From positions 515 to 64,514 of the forward strand of contig CACLUK010000004.1 of assembly GCA_902610115.1 (NCBI GenBank): 64,000 nucleotides of DNA. Direction: 5' to 3'. This stretch comes from an uncultured Pelagibacteraceae bacterium. Lineage in GTDB: Bacteria; Pseudomonadota; Alphaproteobacteria; Pelagibacterales; Pelagibacteraceae. Of the stretch, positions 31,389 to 41,717 are shown one piece after another (position 1 is the stretch's first letter; each line of letters begins with the position of its first letter). The position numbers and the translations under genes are program-made. Under the pieces are notes generated by a model, which made no database searches, had not been told where the DNA came from, and saw only the letters and a program-made list of their open reading frames with translations.

Positions 31389-31825
31389 TACTTTAAAATT
31401 TTTCTCATTGCCTCTAAAGCCATCAAATATCCATCAACTCCAAATCCACAAATAACACCTTGAGCAACTTTACTAATTAAAGATTTGTGTCTGAATTCCT
31501 CTCTATTATAAATATTGCTTATGTGCAATTCAATAATTGGAATTTTAATTATTTTTAAAGCGTCATGAATAGCTACAGATGAGTGTGTATACCCACCAGC
31601 GTTTATAATTAGGCCATTTTGCTTATTTCTAGAATCTTGTATTTGATTTACTAATTCTCCCTCAATATTTGATTGAAAAAAAGATAGTTTAACATCATTC
31701 TTTTTTGCAAAATTTTCACAATTATTTTCAATATCAGCTAAAGTAGAACTTCCGTATTGACTTTTTTCTCTTTCACCTAAAAGGTTGAGATTTGGGCCAT
31801 TAAGAATTATAATTTTTTTCATCAA
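31388..31825 (-). CDS. aroQ: Type II 3-dehydroquinate dehydratase
   Basis: NGPNLNLLG.RE..YG, QSN.EG, THSS, E.HISN..REEFRH.S. Confidence 0.96.
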   Translation of the reverse strand: MMKKIIILNGPNLNLLGEREKSQYGSSTLADIENNCENFAKKNDVKLSFFQSNIEGELVNQIQDSRNKQNGLIINAGGYTHSSVAIHDALKIIKIPIIELHISNIYNREEFRHKSLISKVAQGVICGFGVDGYLMALEAMRKILK

Positions 31826-31855
31826 TATTTTTTATTAGCATTGATTAGCTGAATT

Positions 31856-32059
31856 ATGGCAAAAATACAATTAAATGGTAAGAAAATTACAATCAAAACA
31901 AACATTTCAATACTTGAATTGTTGAAAAAATATAAGCTCAATAATAAAAAAATAGCGGTTGAATACAATGGTACTATAGTTCAAAAAATAAATTACAAAA
32001 AAAAGTTTTTAAAAAATAAAGATAAATTAGAGATAGTTCATTTTATAGGAGGCGGATAA
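31856..32059 (+). CDS. thiS: Sulfur carrier ThiS
   Basis: Ubiquitin-like fold ending EIVHFIGGG; adjacent to thiG. Confidence 0.93.
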   Translation: MAKIQLNGKKITIKTNISILELLKKYKLNNKKIAVEYNGTIVQKINYKKKFLKNKDKLEIVHFIGGG

Positions 32060-32060
32060 A

Positions 32061-32834
32061 TTGAAAAGAGATTATTTTAAAATTTCTAATAAAGTATTTA
32101 AATCAAGATTAATAGTTGGAACTGGAAAGTATAGAAGCTTTGTAGAAACTGCTAAAGCAGTTAAAGCGTCTGGTGCTGATATGGTTACAGTCGCAGTAAG
32201 AAGAATAAATATCTTAGATAAAAAAAAACCTATTTTAACAGATTATTTAAACCCAAAAAAAATTACTTATTTACCTAATACAGCTGGGTGTTTTAATTCT
32301 AAAGACGCGCTTAGAACTTTAAGACTTGCTAGAGAAATGGGAGGTTGGAAGCTAGTAAAATTGGAGGTTCTTGGAGATAAAAAAACCTTATACCCAAATA
32401 TGATCGAAACAATTAAATCAACAAAGGTTCTTGTTAAAGAAGGATTTAAAGTTATGGTTTATTGTACTGACGATCCGATTTTAGCTAAAGAATTAGAGAA
32501 CTGTGGAGCATGCGCGATTATGCCTTTAGCTTCTCCAATTGGTTCTGGTCTAGGTATACTAAATAAAACAAATATTTCGTTAATTATTAAACAATCAAAA
32601 GTTCCTGTTATAGTCGATGCGGGAATAGGAACACCATCTGATGCAACAATTGCGATGGAGTTGGGATGTGAAGGAGTTCTTATAAATAGTGCTATTGCAA
32701 ATTCGAAGAAACCAATAATTATGGCTGAAGCTTTTAAAAATTCGGTAATCTCAGGTCGTCAAGCATTTTTAGCTGGTAGAATGAAAAAAAACCTTATTGC
32801 CAAAGCGAGTTCTCCTAAAAAAGGTATTATTTAG
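32061..32834 (+). CDS. thiG: Thiazole synthase
   Basis: [38 protein letters not shown]; TTG start. Confidence 0.96.
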   Translation: MKRDYFKISNKVFKSRLIVGTGKYRSFVETAKAVKASGADMVTVAVRRINILDKKKPILTDYLNPKKITYLPNTAGCFNSKDALRTLRLAREMGGWKLVKLEVLGDKKTLYPNMIETIKSTKVLVKEGFKVMVYCTDDPILAKELENCGACAIMPLASPIGSGLGILNKTNISLIIKQSKVPVIVDAGIGTPSDATIAMELGCEGVLINSAIANSKKPIIMAEAFKNSVISGRQAFLAGRMKKNLIAKASSPKKGII

Positions 32835-34647
32835 TTTTTCTTTTTCTTCTAACCCAAAGAGTTCTTAGTTGTTTTTTTGATTTGATTTTTTTTGTCTCTT
32901 TTTTATTTTTTTTGATATTTTTTTTCTCCTTTTTTTCTTCTTTGTTTCCTCTTTTTATCTCTAAAATTTTCTTAAAATTTTCAATTACATTTAAAACTTT
33001 CTTTGATTTATTTAAAAGTTCAATTTTATATTCTGGTATTAATAAATTACTATCTGAAACTAATTCAATTTTTAATGAATATTTCTTTTGAAAATATTTT
33101 AACTCTTCGAGAAAGTTTTTTTCAATATAAAATTTTACTTTTTCAGGAATATACGATTTTATAATTTTTACTTTTTCGGTAAATGCTAAATATTGTATTT
33201 TTTTTATTATTTTTTGAGAAAATGAACTCAAAGAAAGTTGTGTTTCCCACTTAATAGAACCCTCTCTTAATCTTTGCCTGGTCATCTCAAGTAAGCCAAA
33301 ATTACTTATTCTACCAATCTGTATTCTAGCTCTGTCTTTTCTGATGCTATCACGCATTTTTCTTTCTACGTTACGTCTGTTGTGAAAGTTATTCATGTCA
33401 ATAAAATCAATTACAATCAAACCTGAAAGATCTCTTAGTTTTATCTGACGTGCAATTTCTTCTGCTGCTTCAAGATTTGTATTTAACGCAGTTTTTTCTA
33501 TATTTATTTGCTTAGTAGACTGTCCAGAATTAATATCAATTGAAACCAAAGCTTCAGTGGGATTAATAACTAAGTAGCCCCCAGATTTAAGTTTTACTGT
33601 TGGTTCAAAAATATTATTTAAGTCTCTTTCGATGTTCGCGTCATGAAAAAGTGGAATTTTTCCTCTATATTTTTTAATATTTTTCACACTTTTTGGCATA
33701 AGCTCCTTCATAAATTTTTTTGCCTTTTGATATGCATCATTTCCTTCGATGAAAACATTTTTTGTTTCGTTGTCATAAATATCTCTCAATGTTCTTTTGA
33801 TTATATCTCCCTCTTCATAAACTAATGAAGGCGCATTAGACTCTAAGGCTTTATCTCTGATATCTTCCCATGTTTTTAAAGTATTTTGAAAATCTTTATC
33901 TATCTCATTTTTTGTTTTATTTGCTCCTGCAGTTCTCACAATTACTCCCATACTCTTTGGAATATTGATTTCATTTAATATCGATCTTATTTTTTGCCTA
34001 TCTGTAGAATTATAAATTTTTCTAGATATTCCGCCTCCTTTTGGAGTGTTGGGCATAAGAACAATATATTTACCTGCTAAAGAAATAAAAGTTGTAAGTG
34101 CAGCTCCCTTTTGTCCTCTTTCCTCTTTAATTACTTGTATAAGAATTACTTGACCAGGTTTAATAACCTCTTGAATACGATATTTTTTAATACCATAAGA
34201 TGATTTAACTTCTTCTCTTAATTCTTTTTTTTCATCATCAGTACTTTTTATTAAACCATTTTCAGTTGGCTTTATATTCAACTCATTAGAATTTTGAGTA
34301 TTATCCTGTGAAATATTTTCCTGAGATAGTTCTATGTTTTGTTTTTTTAAATCTTCTCTAATTTTTTCTTCAACAACCTTTATTTTTTCTTTATCCTCAT
34401 GAGGTATTTGATAGTAATCGGACTGGATATCATTAAAAGCTAAGAAACCATGCTTTTCTCTTCCGAAGTTTACAAAAGCTGCTTGAAGAGATGGCTCTAC
34501 TCTACTAATTGTTCCTAAATAAATATTATTTTTAAAATTTAAATTATTTTTATCTTCAAATTCATATTCTTCAATTGAATTATCTGATTTAAGAACGATT
34601 CGAGTTTCATTTGGATGCGATGCATCAATAAATAAATTTTTTTCCAT
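32827..34647 (-). CDS. rne: Ribonuclease E (short form)
   Basis: [15 protein letters not shown], alpha-type S1 insert, [28 protein letters not shown]. Confidence 0.93.
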   Translation of the reverse strand: MEKNLFIDASHPNETRIVLKSDNSIEEYEFEDKNNLNFKNNIYLGTISRVEPSLQAAFVNFGREKHGFLAFNDIQSDYYQIPHEDKEKIKVVEEKIREDLKKQNIELSQENISQDNTQNSNELNIKPTENGLIKSTDDEKKELREEVKSSYGIKKYRIQEVIKPGQVILIQVIKEERGQKGAALTTFISLAGKYIVLMPNTPKGGGISRKIYNSTDRQKIRSILNEINIPKSMGVIVRTAGANKTKNEIDKDFQNTLKTWEDIRDKALESNAPSLVYEEGDIIKRTLRDIYDNETKNVFIEGNDAYQKAKKFMKELMPKSVKNIKKYRGKIPLFHDANIERDLNNIFEPTVKLKSGGYLVINPTEALVSIDINSGQSTKQINIEKTALNTNLEAAEEIARQIKLRDLSGLIVIDFIDMNNFHNRRNVERKMRDSIRKDRARIQIGRISNFGLLEMTRQRLREGSIKWETQLSLSSFSQKIIKKIQYLAFTEKVKIIKSYIPEKVKFYIEKNFLEELKYFQKKYSLKIELVSDSNLLIPEYKIELLNKSKKVLNVIENFKKILEIKRGNKEEKKEKKNIKKNKKETKKIKSKKQLRTLWVRRKRKTK

Positions 34648-34792
34648 TTTATTTGAATTCCTTTGAATTTTTTGAAATCTGTGAATTTACAATTTGTCAT
34701 TATTATATTTTATACGATTTTATAAATAAATACAGATATTTTAAACTTTTGATGCCCAAAGATGGTCTAATTTATCACTGATAACCAAGGAT

Positions 34793-37153
34793 ATGATTAA
34801 ATTTATAAATTTTTCTTTTAAATTTATAATTGTATTTTTGGTTTCCATCTTATTTTTTGGATTTTCCACATTATGGTATTTTTCAATTGGCCTACCGGAC
34901 TACAAAAAACTATCAAATTATCAACCACCTATCTCAAGCAGAGTTTACTCTGAAGATGGTAAATTAATTGCCGAATACGCTTTGCAAAAGAGATTATTTG
35001 TTCCCTACGAATCTATTCCTGAAGTTGTAATCAATTCTTTTTTGTCAGCAGAGGATAAAAATTTTTTTAGTCATCCTGGAATAGATGCTAAAGGGATTTT
35101 AAGAGCTTTATTTAAAAATATTAAAAATATAACACAAAACAAAAGATTAGAGGGTGCATCAACAATTACTCAGCAAGTTGCTAAAAACTTTCTTTTAACA
35201 AATGAAGTTTCTTTAAAAAGAAAAATTAAAGAGGCAATTTTGGCATTTAGAATCGAACGAGCATATTCTAAAGAAAGAATTTTAGAATTATATCTAAACC
35301 AAATTTATTTAGGTCAAGGGACATATGGTATAGCTGCAGCTAGTTTAGAATATTTCGATAAATCCATAAAAGAACTGAATTATCCTGACTCTGCATTACT
35401 TGCAGCTTTACCTAAAGCTCCAAGTAAATATAATCCTTATAGATATCCTGATATTAGTAAATTTAGAAGAAATTTAGTTCTTCAAAATTTAAAAGAAAAT
35501 AATTTTATCACTAAAAAAGAATATAACAAATTTAAAAATTCAGAATTAAATTTAAAAAGAAGGAAGATTGAAATATTAAATGAAGCTAATTCATACACGG
35601 AGGAAGTAAGAAGATCTGTCAACGAAAATTATGGTTTTGAAAAATTATACTCTCAAGGCTTAAGCATAAGAACTCCTTTAAATATTAAATATCAAACAGA
35701 AGCCATAAATTCATTAAGAAAAGGAATTGAAGCTTATGATAAAAGACATGGATGGAGGGGACCTATAACAAATAAATTTAAACAAAAAAATTGGAAAAAA
35801 ATAATTGATAACTATAAATTAGATCCAACCTTAAATTGGGAATTTGCAGAAATTACTCAAGTAAACAATTCTAATTTAGAATTTCAAACTGTTGATGAAA
35901 AAAAAATAAAAAAAAAAGGTATTATTAATTCTGTTGATCTTAAATGGACTATTCCGAAGAAAAAATTAATTTCGAATATTTATAATTTGGGAGATATAAT
36001 TTTAGTTAAAAGAGAAAAAGATTCATGGAATTTAAAACAGTATCCAAAAGTAAATGGCGGGATCGTAGTTCTCGACCCTTTCTCGGGTGACATAAAAGCA
36101 TTAGTTGGGGGTTTTAATTTTAAATCAAGTGAATTTAATAGAGTAACTCAAGCAAAAAGACAACCCGGTTCAGCTTTTAAACCAATTGTTTATGCAGCTG
36201 CACTTGAAAATGGTTTTTCACCAAATTCAATAATCTTAGATGCACCATTTGTTGAAAGTCAAGGTGTGGGTTTAAAAAACTGGAAGCCAGAAAACTACGG
36301 AAAAAAATTTTACGGACCTACTACATTGAGAAAAGGTATTGAGTACTCAAGAAATTTAATGACAATAAGAATAGCAAAAATATTAGGACTTGATAAAATT
36401 TTAGAATTATCAAAAAATTTAGAAATTTATAATGATATACCTGAATTATTATCTGTTTCTTTAGGAGCAGCAGAAACAACTCTTTTAAATCTTACTTCAG
36501 CATATGCATCATTTGTTAACGGAGGGAAGAAAATAAGACCAAATTTAATTTCTAGAATTCAAGACAGAAGAGGAAAGACTATTTTTCAAAGAGAAAATAT
36601 TGAGTGTAGTGGCTGTGATAATTTTATAAACCAAACTTCAAAACTTCCAAAAATCGAAAATACTCATAAGAGAGTTTTTAGTGAAGAAACAGCTTTTCAA
36701 ATGACAAATATATTAAGTGGTGCAGTTCAAAGAGGAACTGCAAAAAAACTTAAATCATTAAATGTTCCTCTTGCAGGAAAAACTGGAACTACGAATAATA
36801 ATTTTGATGCTTGGTTTATTGGTTTTTCTTCTAATCTAGTTGTAGGAGTTTATATTGGATTTGATAATCCAAAAACTTTAGGTAAATATGAGACTGGTTC
36901 TAAGGCAGCTCTTCCAATATTTAAAAATTTTGTAGAAAATGCTTTATATAAAGAAGATTTTAAAGATTTTTACATACCTAAAAATATTTATTTGACATCA
37001 ATTAATTACGACACAGGGTTAAAATCTTCACCTGGAGATAAAAAAACAATTTTGGAGGCTTTAAAGGTAAAAGATATTAACAATATAAATAATAATAATT
37101 TAATATCAATTGATGGTCATGATAGTCTTATTAAATTTAGACAATTTTACTAA
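34793..37153 (+). CDS. mrcA: Penicillin-binding protein 1A
   Basis: Glycosyltransferase motifs AEDKNF and GASTITQQ; transpeptidase motifs SAFK, SRN, KTGT. Confidence 0.93.
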   Translation: MIKFINFSFKFIIVFLVSILFFGFSTLWYFSIGLPDYKKLSNYQPPISSRVYSEDGKLIAEYALQKRLFVPYESIPEVVINSFLSAEDKNFFSHPGIDAKGILRALFKNIKNITQNKRLEGASTITQQVAKNFLLTNEVSLKRKIKEAILAFRIERAYSKERILELYLNQIYLGQGTYGIAAASLEYFDKSIKELNYPDSALLAALPKAPSKYNPYRYPDISKFRRNLVLQNLKENNFITKKEYNKFKNSELNLKRRKIEILNEANSYTEEVRRSVNENYGFEKLYSQGLSIRTPLNIKYQTEAINSLRKGIEAYDKRHGWRGPITNKFKQKNWKKIIDNYKLDPTLNWEFAEITQVNNSNLEFQTVDEKKIKKKGIINSVDLKWTIPKKKLISNIYNLGDIILVKREKDSWNLKQYPKVNGGIVVLDPFSGDIKALVGGFNFKSSEFNRVTQAKRQPGSAFKPIVYAAALENGFSPNSIILDAPFVESQGVGLKNWKPENYGKKFYGPTTLRKGIEYSRNLMTIRIAKILGLDKILELSKNLEIYNDIPELLSVSLGAAETTLLNLTSAYASFVNGGKKIRPNLISRIQDRRGKTIFQRENIECSGCDNFINQTSKLPKIENTHKRVFSEETAFQMTNILSGAVQRGTAKKLKSLNVPLAGKTGTTNNNFDAWFIGFSSNLVVGVYIGFDNPKTLGKYETGSKAALPIFKNFVENALYKEDFKDFYIPKNIYLTSINYDTGLKSSPGDKKTILEALKVKDINNINNNNLISIDGHDSLIKFRQFY

Positions 37154-38245
37154 TGCAAAATTTCGAGAATAAATTGTTAAAAGCAAATAACTCTTTAAAA
37201 AATATTAGGGGGTATCTTTGAATCTAATAAGGTTGAATTAAGATTAAAAGAAATCGAAGAGATTCTTCAAGAAGATAATTTTTGGAAAAATAAGGAATTA
37301 GTAAAAAAAACCATAAAACAGAAGAAAATATTTGAGGACATTTTAAACTCATTTAATATATCTTCAAAAGAATTAGCAAATTTAAAAGACTTGTATTCAT
37401 TAGCATCTCAAGAAAAAGATGACGAAACTATTGAGGATTGTTTTAATAAGATTGATGAAATCCAACAAAATCTAAAAAAAAATGAAATTAATTGTTTTTT
37501 ATCTGGAGAAAACGATGGATTAGATATTTACCTTGAAATTCACGCAGGCGCGGGAGGAACTGAGAGTCAAGATTGGGCTGACATGTTGAGAAGAATGTAC
37601 ATGAAATGGTTCGATAAAAAAAACTTTAAATATCAAATTATAAGTGAACATAAAGGTGAAGAAGCGGGCATCAAGTCTTCTATCATAAAAGTCGAAGGCA
37701 ATTATTTATACGGACTAATGAGATCTGAGTCAGGTGTTCATAGATTAGTAAGAATTTCTCCTTTCGATAGCGGCGCGAGAAGACACACAAGCTTTGCTAG
37801 TGTCTGGGTTTATCCAGTTGTTGAAGATGATATTAAAATTAAAATAGACGAAAAAGATCTTAGGATTGATACTTACAGATCAAGCGGTGCCGGGGGCCAA
37901 CATGTTAATACTACAGATAGCGCTGTAAGAATCACTCATATTCCAACAAAAATTGTTGTTCAATGTCAAAATGAAAGGTCACAACATAAGAATAAAGAGA
38001 CTTGTTTCAAAATGTTAAAAGCAAGGCTATATGAGCATGAAATTCAGAAGAGAGATCAGGAAAATCAAAAACAACTTGATACAAAAACTGAAATAGGCTG
38101 GGGACATCAAATACGTTCATATGTTTTGCAACCCTATCAACTAGTTAAAGATTTAAGAAATAAAATAGAAAACACAAATCCAATTAGTGTACTGGACGGA
38201 AATATTGATCAATTTATCGAAGAGGGAATTAAGAGTCGTAAATGA
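37153..38245 (+). CDS. prfB: Peptide chain release factor 2 with programmed +1 frameshift
   Basis: ATG 37153 opens a 22-codon ORF ending AGG GGG TAT CTT TGA. The +1 frame (GAA at 37220) is open into the 37391..38245 ORF, which carries SPF and GGQ. Confidence 0.95.
37207..37222 (+). promoter_or_regulatory. RF2 +1 frameshift cassette
   Basis: Internal SD AGGGGG (37207-12), 3-nt spacer, slippery CTT-TGA (37216-21), next base A. Confidence 0.93.
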
Positions 38246-40428
38246 ATAAATTATTTTTAAAATTAATTATTTTTTTATTATTTATTTGTATTTCAATAAT
38301 AGGAATTTTATCTTCGGTTGGTATTCAAACTGATAAGTTCAACAAATTAATATCAAATAAAATAAATCAAGCTAATAAAAATACTAATCTTACTGTTGAA
38401 ACAATTAAATTTAAAATAAATTTAAAAGAATTGAGTCTTTTCTTAGAAACAGACAATCCAAAAATAATTTATAGAAAAACTGAAATACCAGCAAAAAATA
38501 TTAAAGTTTATATTGATTTTATATCTTTGTTAAAATCGAAACCTAAAATTAAAAAAATAAGATTGGTTTTATTTCAGGTTAACTTTGAACAATTCAAAGA
38601 AATCTCTTCAACATTCAAACCCTCAAATTTTACAAGTTTTGTTAATAACAAAATAATTTCAGGTAAAATTGACACAGAGATTGAGTTTTTCTTTAATAAC
38701 GAAAATAATTTAGACGATTTTATTGCAAGAGGGAAAATTACAAATTTAAAGGCTGAAATTAAGGAAAATTTCGTTTTACAAAATACTGATTTTAATTATT
38801 TAGCAGATAAAACTGATATTCTCATCAAGAATATTTCAAGTGAAGTCTTTCCATTTAAACTTTATGAGGGCGATATTAAGATTAATTTATCAAAAGAATT
38901 AAAAGTAAAAACAAATTTTAAATCAAAATTAAATTTTAAAAGCGCAGAGTTTAAAGATAAGGATATTTTTAAAAATATTGAATATTTTAAAACCTTAAAA
39001 GATTTTAATGCCAGTTTAAATAATAATTTGAGTATTACTTTTGATAATACATACAAAGTGAAAAGATTTAATTATAAAAATTCTGGTAAAATTTCTGAGG
39101 CCTCTATTTTTATAAATAATTTATTACCTTCAGAATTTCATCATAAAAGTATTGATAAATTATTTTTAAGAAATTCAAATATTGAAACAAACATAGAAAA
39201 TGGAAAAAGTGTAATTAATTTAAATGGCGATTATTCTTTCGATAATAAAAACTATTTAAAATTTGGTTTAGAAACCTCTTTAAAAGAAAAATTAATCGAT
39301 TTAAAAATAAATGCAAAAAGTAACAGAGAGATAAATTTAGGAATGATTAATTACAAAACATCAATTAACAATATTTCAGATGTTTCGATAGAGTTACAAA
39401 AAAATAAAGAAAATATCAAAATACATAGGGTGAGTTTACTTGATGGAGATAATTCGATTTTAGTCAACGATCTAAGATTTAAGAAAGGTAAATTTCAGTC
39501 ATTTAAAAAAATTGAGGTAAAAACATCAAAAAATGGAAAAATAAATAATAATTTCAAAGCAAACTTTGCTAAGAAAATATTTGTAAAGGGAACTAGTTTT
39601 GATGCAACTAACTTACCAAAAATTTTTAGCAAAAAAACAAATAATAAAATATTTTCAATATTAAATGCAGAAATTGATATAGATTTTAAAAATATATTAG
39701 TCCCTTTTTCTGAGCCATTAAAAAGTTTTAAACTTTTGGGAAAGATAGAAAATGGAAAATTTATTAAAGTTTCCTCAAAAGGAGATTTCGGAAATAATAA
39801 ATTTTTAGACATCACAATGAAAAATGACAAAAACAATAAAAAACAATACTTGGAAGTTTACTCAGATTTACCCAAACCCCTTTTAACAGGCTTTGATTTC
39901 TTTAAAGGTCTTAATGGAGGAAAACTTTTATACTCTGTAATTATTGAGGAACAATATTCAAATTCGAAATTAACTATTGAGGATTTTAAAGTAATTAATG
40001 CTCCAGGTTTGATAAAGTTACTGTCCTTGGCAGATCTTGGAGGTTTAGCAGATTTAGCTCAAGGAGAAGGTTTAACATTTGATATTTTAGAAATTCAATT
40101 TGAAAAAAAAAATGACAACTTAAAAATTAACGAAATACTTGCCCTAGGTCCTAGTGTTTCAATTCTAATGGAAGGTTACCAAAATAAAGAAATTACAAGT
40201 TTGAGAGGTACACTGGTACCAGCCAAAACATTAAACAAATTAATTTCTAAAGTTCCATTAATTGGAGATATCATTATTCCCAAGGAAGTTGGTGAAGGAT
40301 TATTCGGTATAAGTTTTAAAATGAAAGGTCCACCTGGTAAAATCAAGACTACTATTAACCCTATAAGAACTATTACTCCACGTTTTATACAAAAAATTAT
40401 CGATAAAAATAAAAAAAAGTCTAAATAA
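38242..40428 (+). CDS. AsmA-like (YhdP/DUF3971-type) intermembrane lipid-bridge protein
   Basis: N-terminal TM anchor, long beta-rich body, C-terminal G..F....GP.....G....LRGTLVPA..LN..I.K.P.IG; position next to tyrS. Confidence 0.7.
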   Translation: MNKLFLKLIIFLLFICISIIGILSSVGIQTDKFNKLISNKINQANKNTNLTVETIKFKINLKELSLFLETDNPKIIYRKTEIPAKNIKVYIDFISLLKSKPKIKKIRLVLFQVNFEQFKEISSTFKPSNFTSFVNNKIISGKIDTEIEFFFNNENNLDDFIARGKITNLKAEIKENFVLQNTDFNYLADKTDILIKNISSEVFPFKLYEGDIKINLSKELKVKTNFKSKLNFKSAEFKDKDIFKNIEYFKTLKDFNASLNNNLSITFDNTYKVKRFNYKNSGKISEASIFINNLLPSEFHHKSIDKLFLRNSNIETNIENGKSVINLNGDYSFDNKNYLKFGLETSLKEKLIDLKINAKSNREINLGMINYKTSINNISDVSIELQKNKENIKIHRVSLLDGDNSILVNDLRFKKGKFQSFKKIEVKTSKNGKINNNFKANFAKKIFVKGTSFDATNLPKIFSKKTNNKIFSILNAEIDIDFKNILVPFSEPLKSFKLLGKIENGKFIKVSSKGDFGNNKFLDITMKNDKNNKKQYLEVYSDLPKPLLTGFDFFKGLNGGKLLYSVIIEEQYSNSKLTIEDFKVINAPGLIKLLSLADLGGLADLAQGEGLTFDILEIQFEKKNDNLKINEILALGPSVSILMEGYQNKEITSLRGTLVPAKTLNKLISKVPLIGDIIIPKEVGEGLFGISFKMKGPPGKIKTTINPIRTITPRFIQKIIDKNKKKSK

Positions 40429-41659
40429 TTTTTACTAAATAATGCTTCTTTTTTCCAAATGAAATTTTCAGGTTTTTTTCTTTAAAATCGTCATACTGAA
40501 TTAATTTTTTCTCATCAGTAACAACTAAATTATTTACTTTTAAACCGTTATTAATAATAGCTCTCTTAGCTTCACTTTTAGAAGACATAATCTTATTTCT
40601 TGATAAGAAATCTAGCAGGCTTAATCCTTTTTTTACATCAGATAGTTTAACTCTTATTGTTGGCAGGTTTTCTCCAAGTCCTTTTCCTTCAAAAGTCTCC
40701 TTAGCAGTTTTAGCTGCCTTTTTAGCACTTAAATCTCCATGTAAAATTTTTGTTGCCTCATTAGCTAAAATTATTTTTAGATTATTTATATTTTTTTCAC
40801 CCTCGCAAAGCATATTGACTTCATTTGATTTTAGATCTGTGAAAAAGTTTAAAAATTTCCTTACATCTCTATCATCGGTGTTTCTCCAAAATTGCCAATA
40901 ATCGTAAGGAGAATATAAATCTTTATTTAACCAAATTGCACCTTTTTCAGTTTTACCCATTTTTGCTCCTGAGGCTAAAGTTATTAAAGGAGAAGTTAAA
41001 CCGAATGACTCCTTTTTAAGCATTCTACGGATCAACTCTACTCCACTAACTATATTTCCCCATTGATCAGATCCACCTATTTGTAAAATACAATTTTTTG
41101 TCTTAAAAAGCTGATAAAAATCATATGCTTGTAAAATCATATAGTTAAATTCCATGTAACTTAATGACTGCTCCCTTTCTAATCTAAGTTTGACACTATC
41201 AAAAGCAAGCATTTTATTAATAGTAAAATGGCTTCCTATGTCTCTAAGAAATTTAATGAAATTTAATTTAGTTAGCCACTTAGCGTTGTCAACAAATATT
41301 GGTTTAGTTTCTTTTTTTGAATTATCTAAAATTTTAGTAAAAACTTTTTTAATACTCTTTATATTTCTTTTTATTTCATCTTGTTTTAAAATTTTTCTTG
41401 TGGAGTCTTTACCAGAGGGATCACCGATCATTGTAGTTCCACCGCCTAATAATACAATAGGCCTATGACCGTATTTTTGCATTAATCTTAAAATCATTAT
41501 TTGTAATAAACTTCCCACATGAAGACTGCGAGCAGTACAGTCAAAACCTATGTAAGCTGAAATAGGTTTTTTGTTGCAGATTTCCTTTAATTTATCGATA
41601 TCTGTGCACTGATTAAGATATCCACGGTTTTCCATTTCATTTAAAAATTCATTTTTCAT
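40421..41659 (-). CDS. tyrS: Tyrosine-tRNA ligase
   Basis: YIGFDCTA.SLHVG, QIGGSDQWGN, KMGKT, C-terminal S4 domain. Start moved to MKNEF (41659) to avoid overlap with anmK. Confidence 0.97.
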   Translation of the reverse strand: MKNEFLNEMENRGYLNQCTDIDKLKEICNKKPISAYIGFDCTARSLHVGSLLQIMILRLMQKYGHRPIVLLGGGTTMIGDPSGKDSTRKILKQDEIKRNIKSIKKVFTKILDNSKKETKPIFVDNAKWLTKLNFIKFLRDIGSHFTINKMLAFDSVKLRLEREQSLSYMEFNYMILQAYDFYQLFKTKNCILQIGGSDQWGNIVSGVELIRRMLKKESFGLTSPLITLASGAKMGKTEKGAIWLNKDLYSPYDYWQFWRNTDDRDVRKFLNFFTDLKSNEVNMLCEGEKNINNLKIILANEATKILHGDLSAKKAAKTAKETFEGKGLGENLPTIRVKLSDVKKGLSLLDFLSRNKIMSSKSEAKRAIINNGLKVNNLVVTDEKKLIQYDDFKEKNLKISFGKKKHYLVKII

Positions 41660-41717
41660 AGAGTAATTTTTTTTTGTATCCACTATTATACAAAAATTAC
41701 TATAAATAAATAAAAAT

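Noticed and set aside
31826-31855. TPP riboswitch upstream of thiS-thiG
   Set aside because: Only 30 bp of intergenic sequence and no full THI-box structure.
37391-38245. RF2 as a truncated 284-aa protein or pseudogene
   Set aside because: Explained by the programmed +1 frameshift from ATG 37153.
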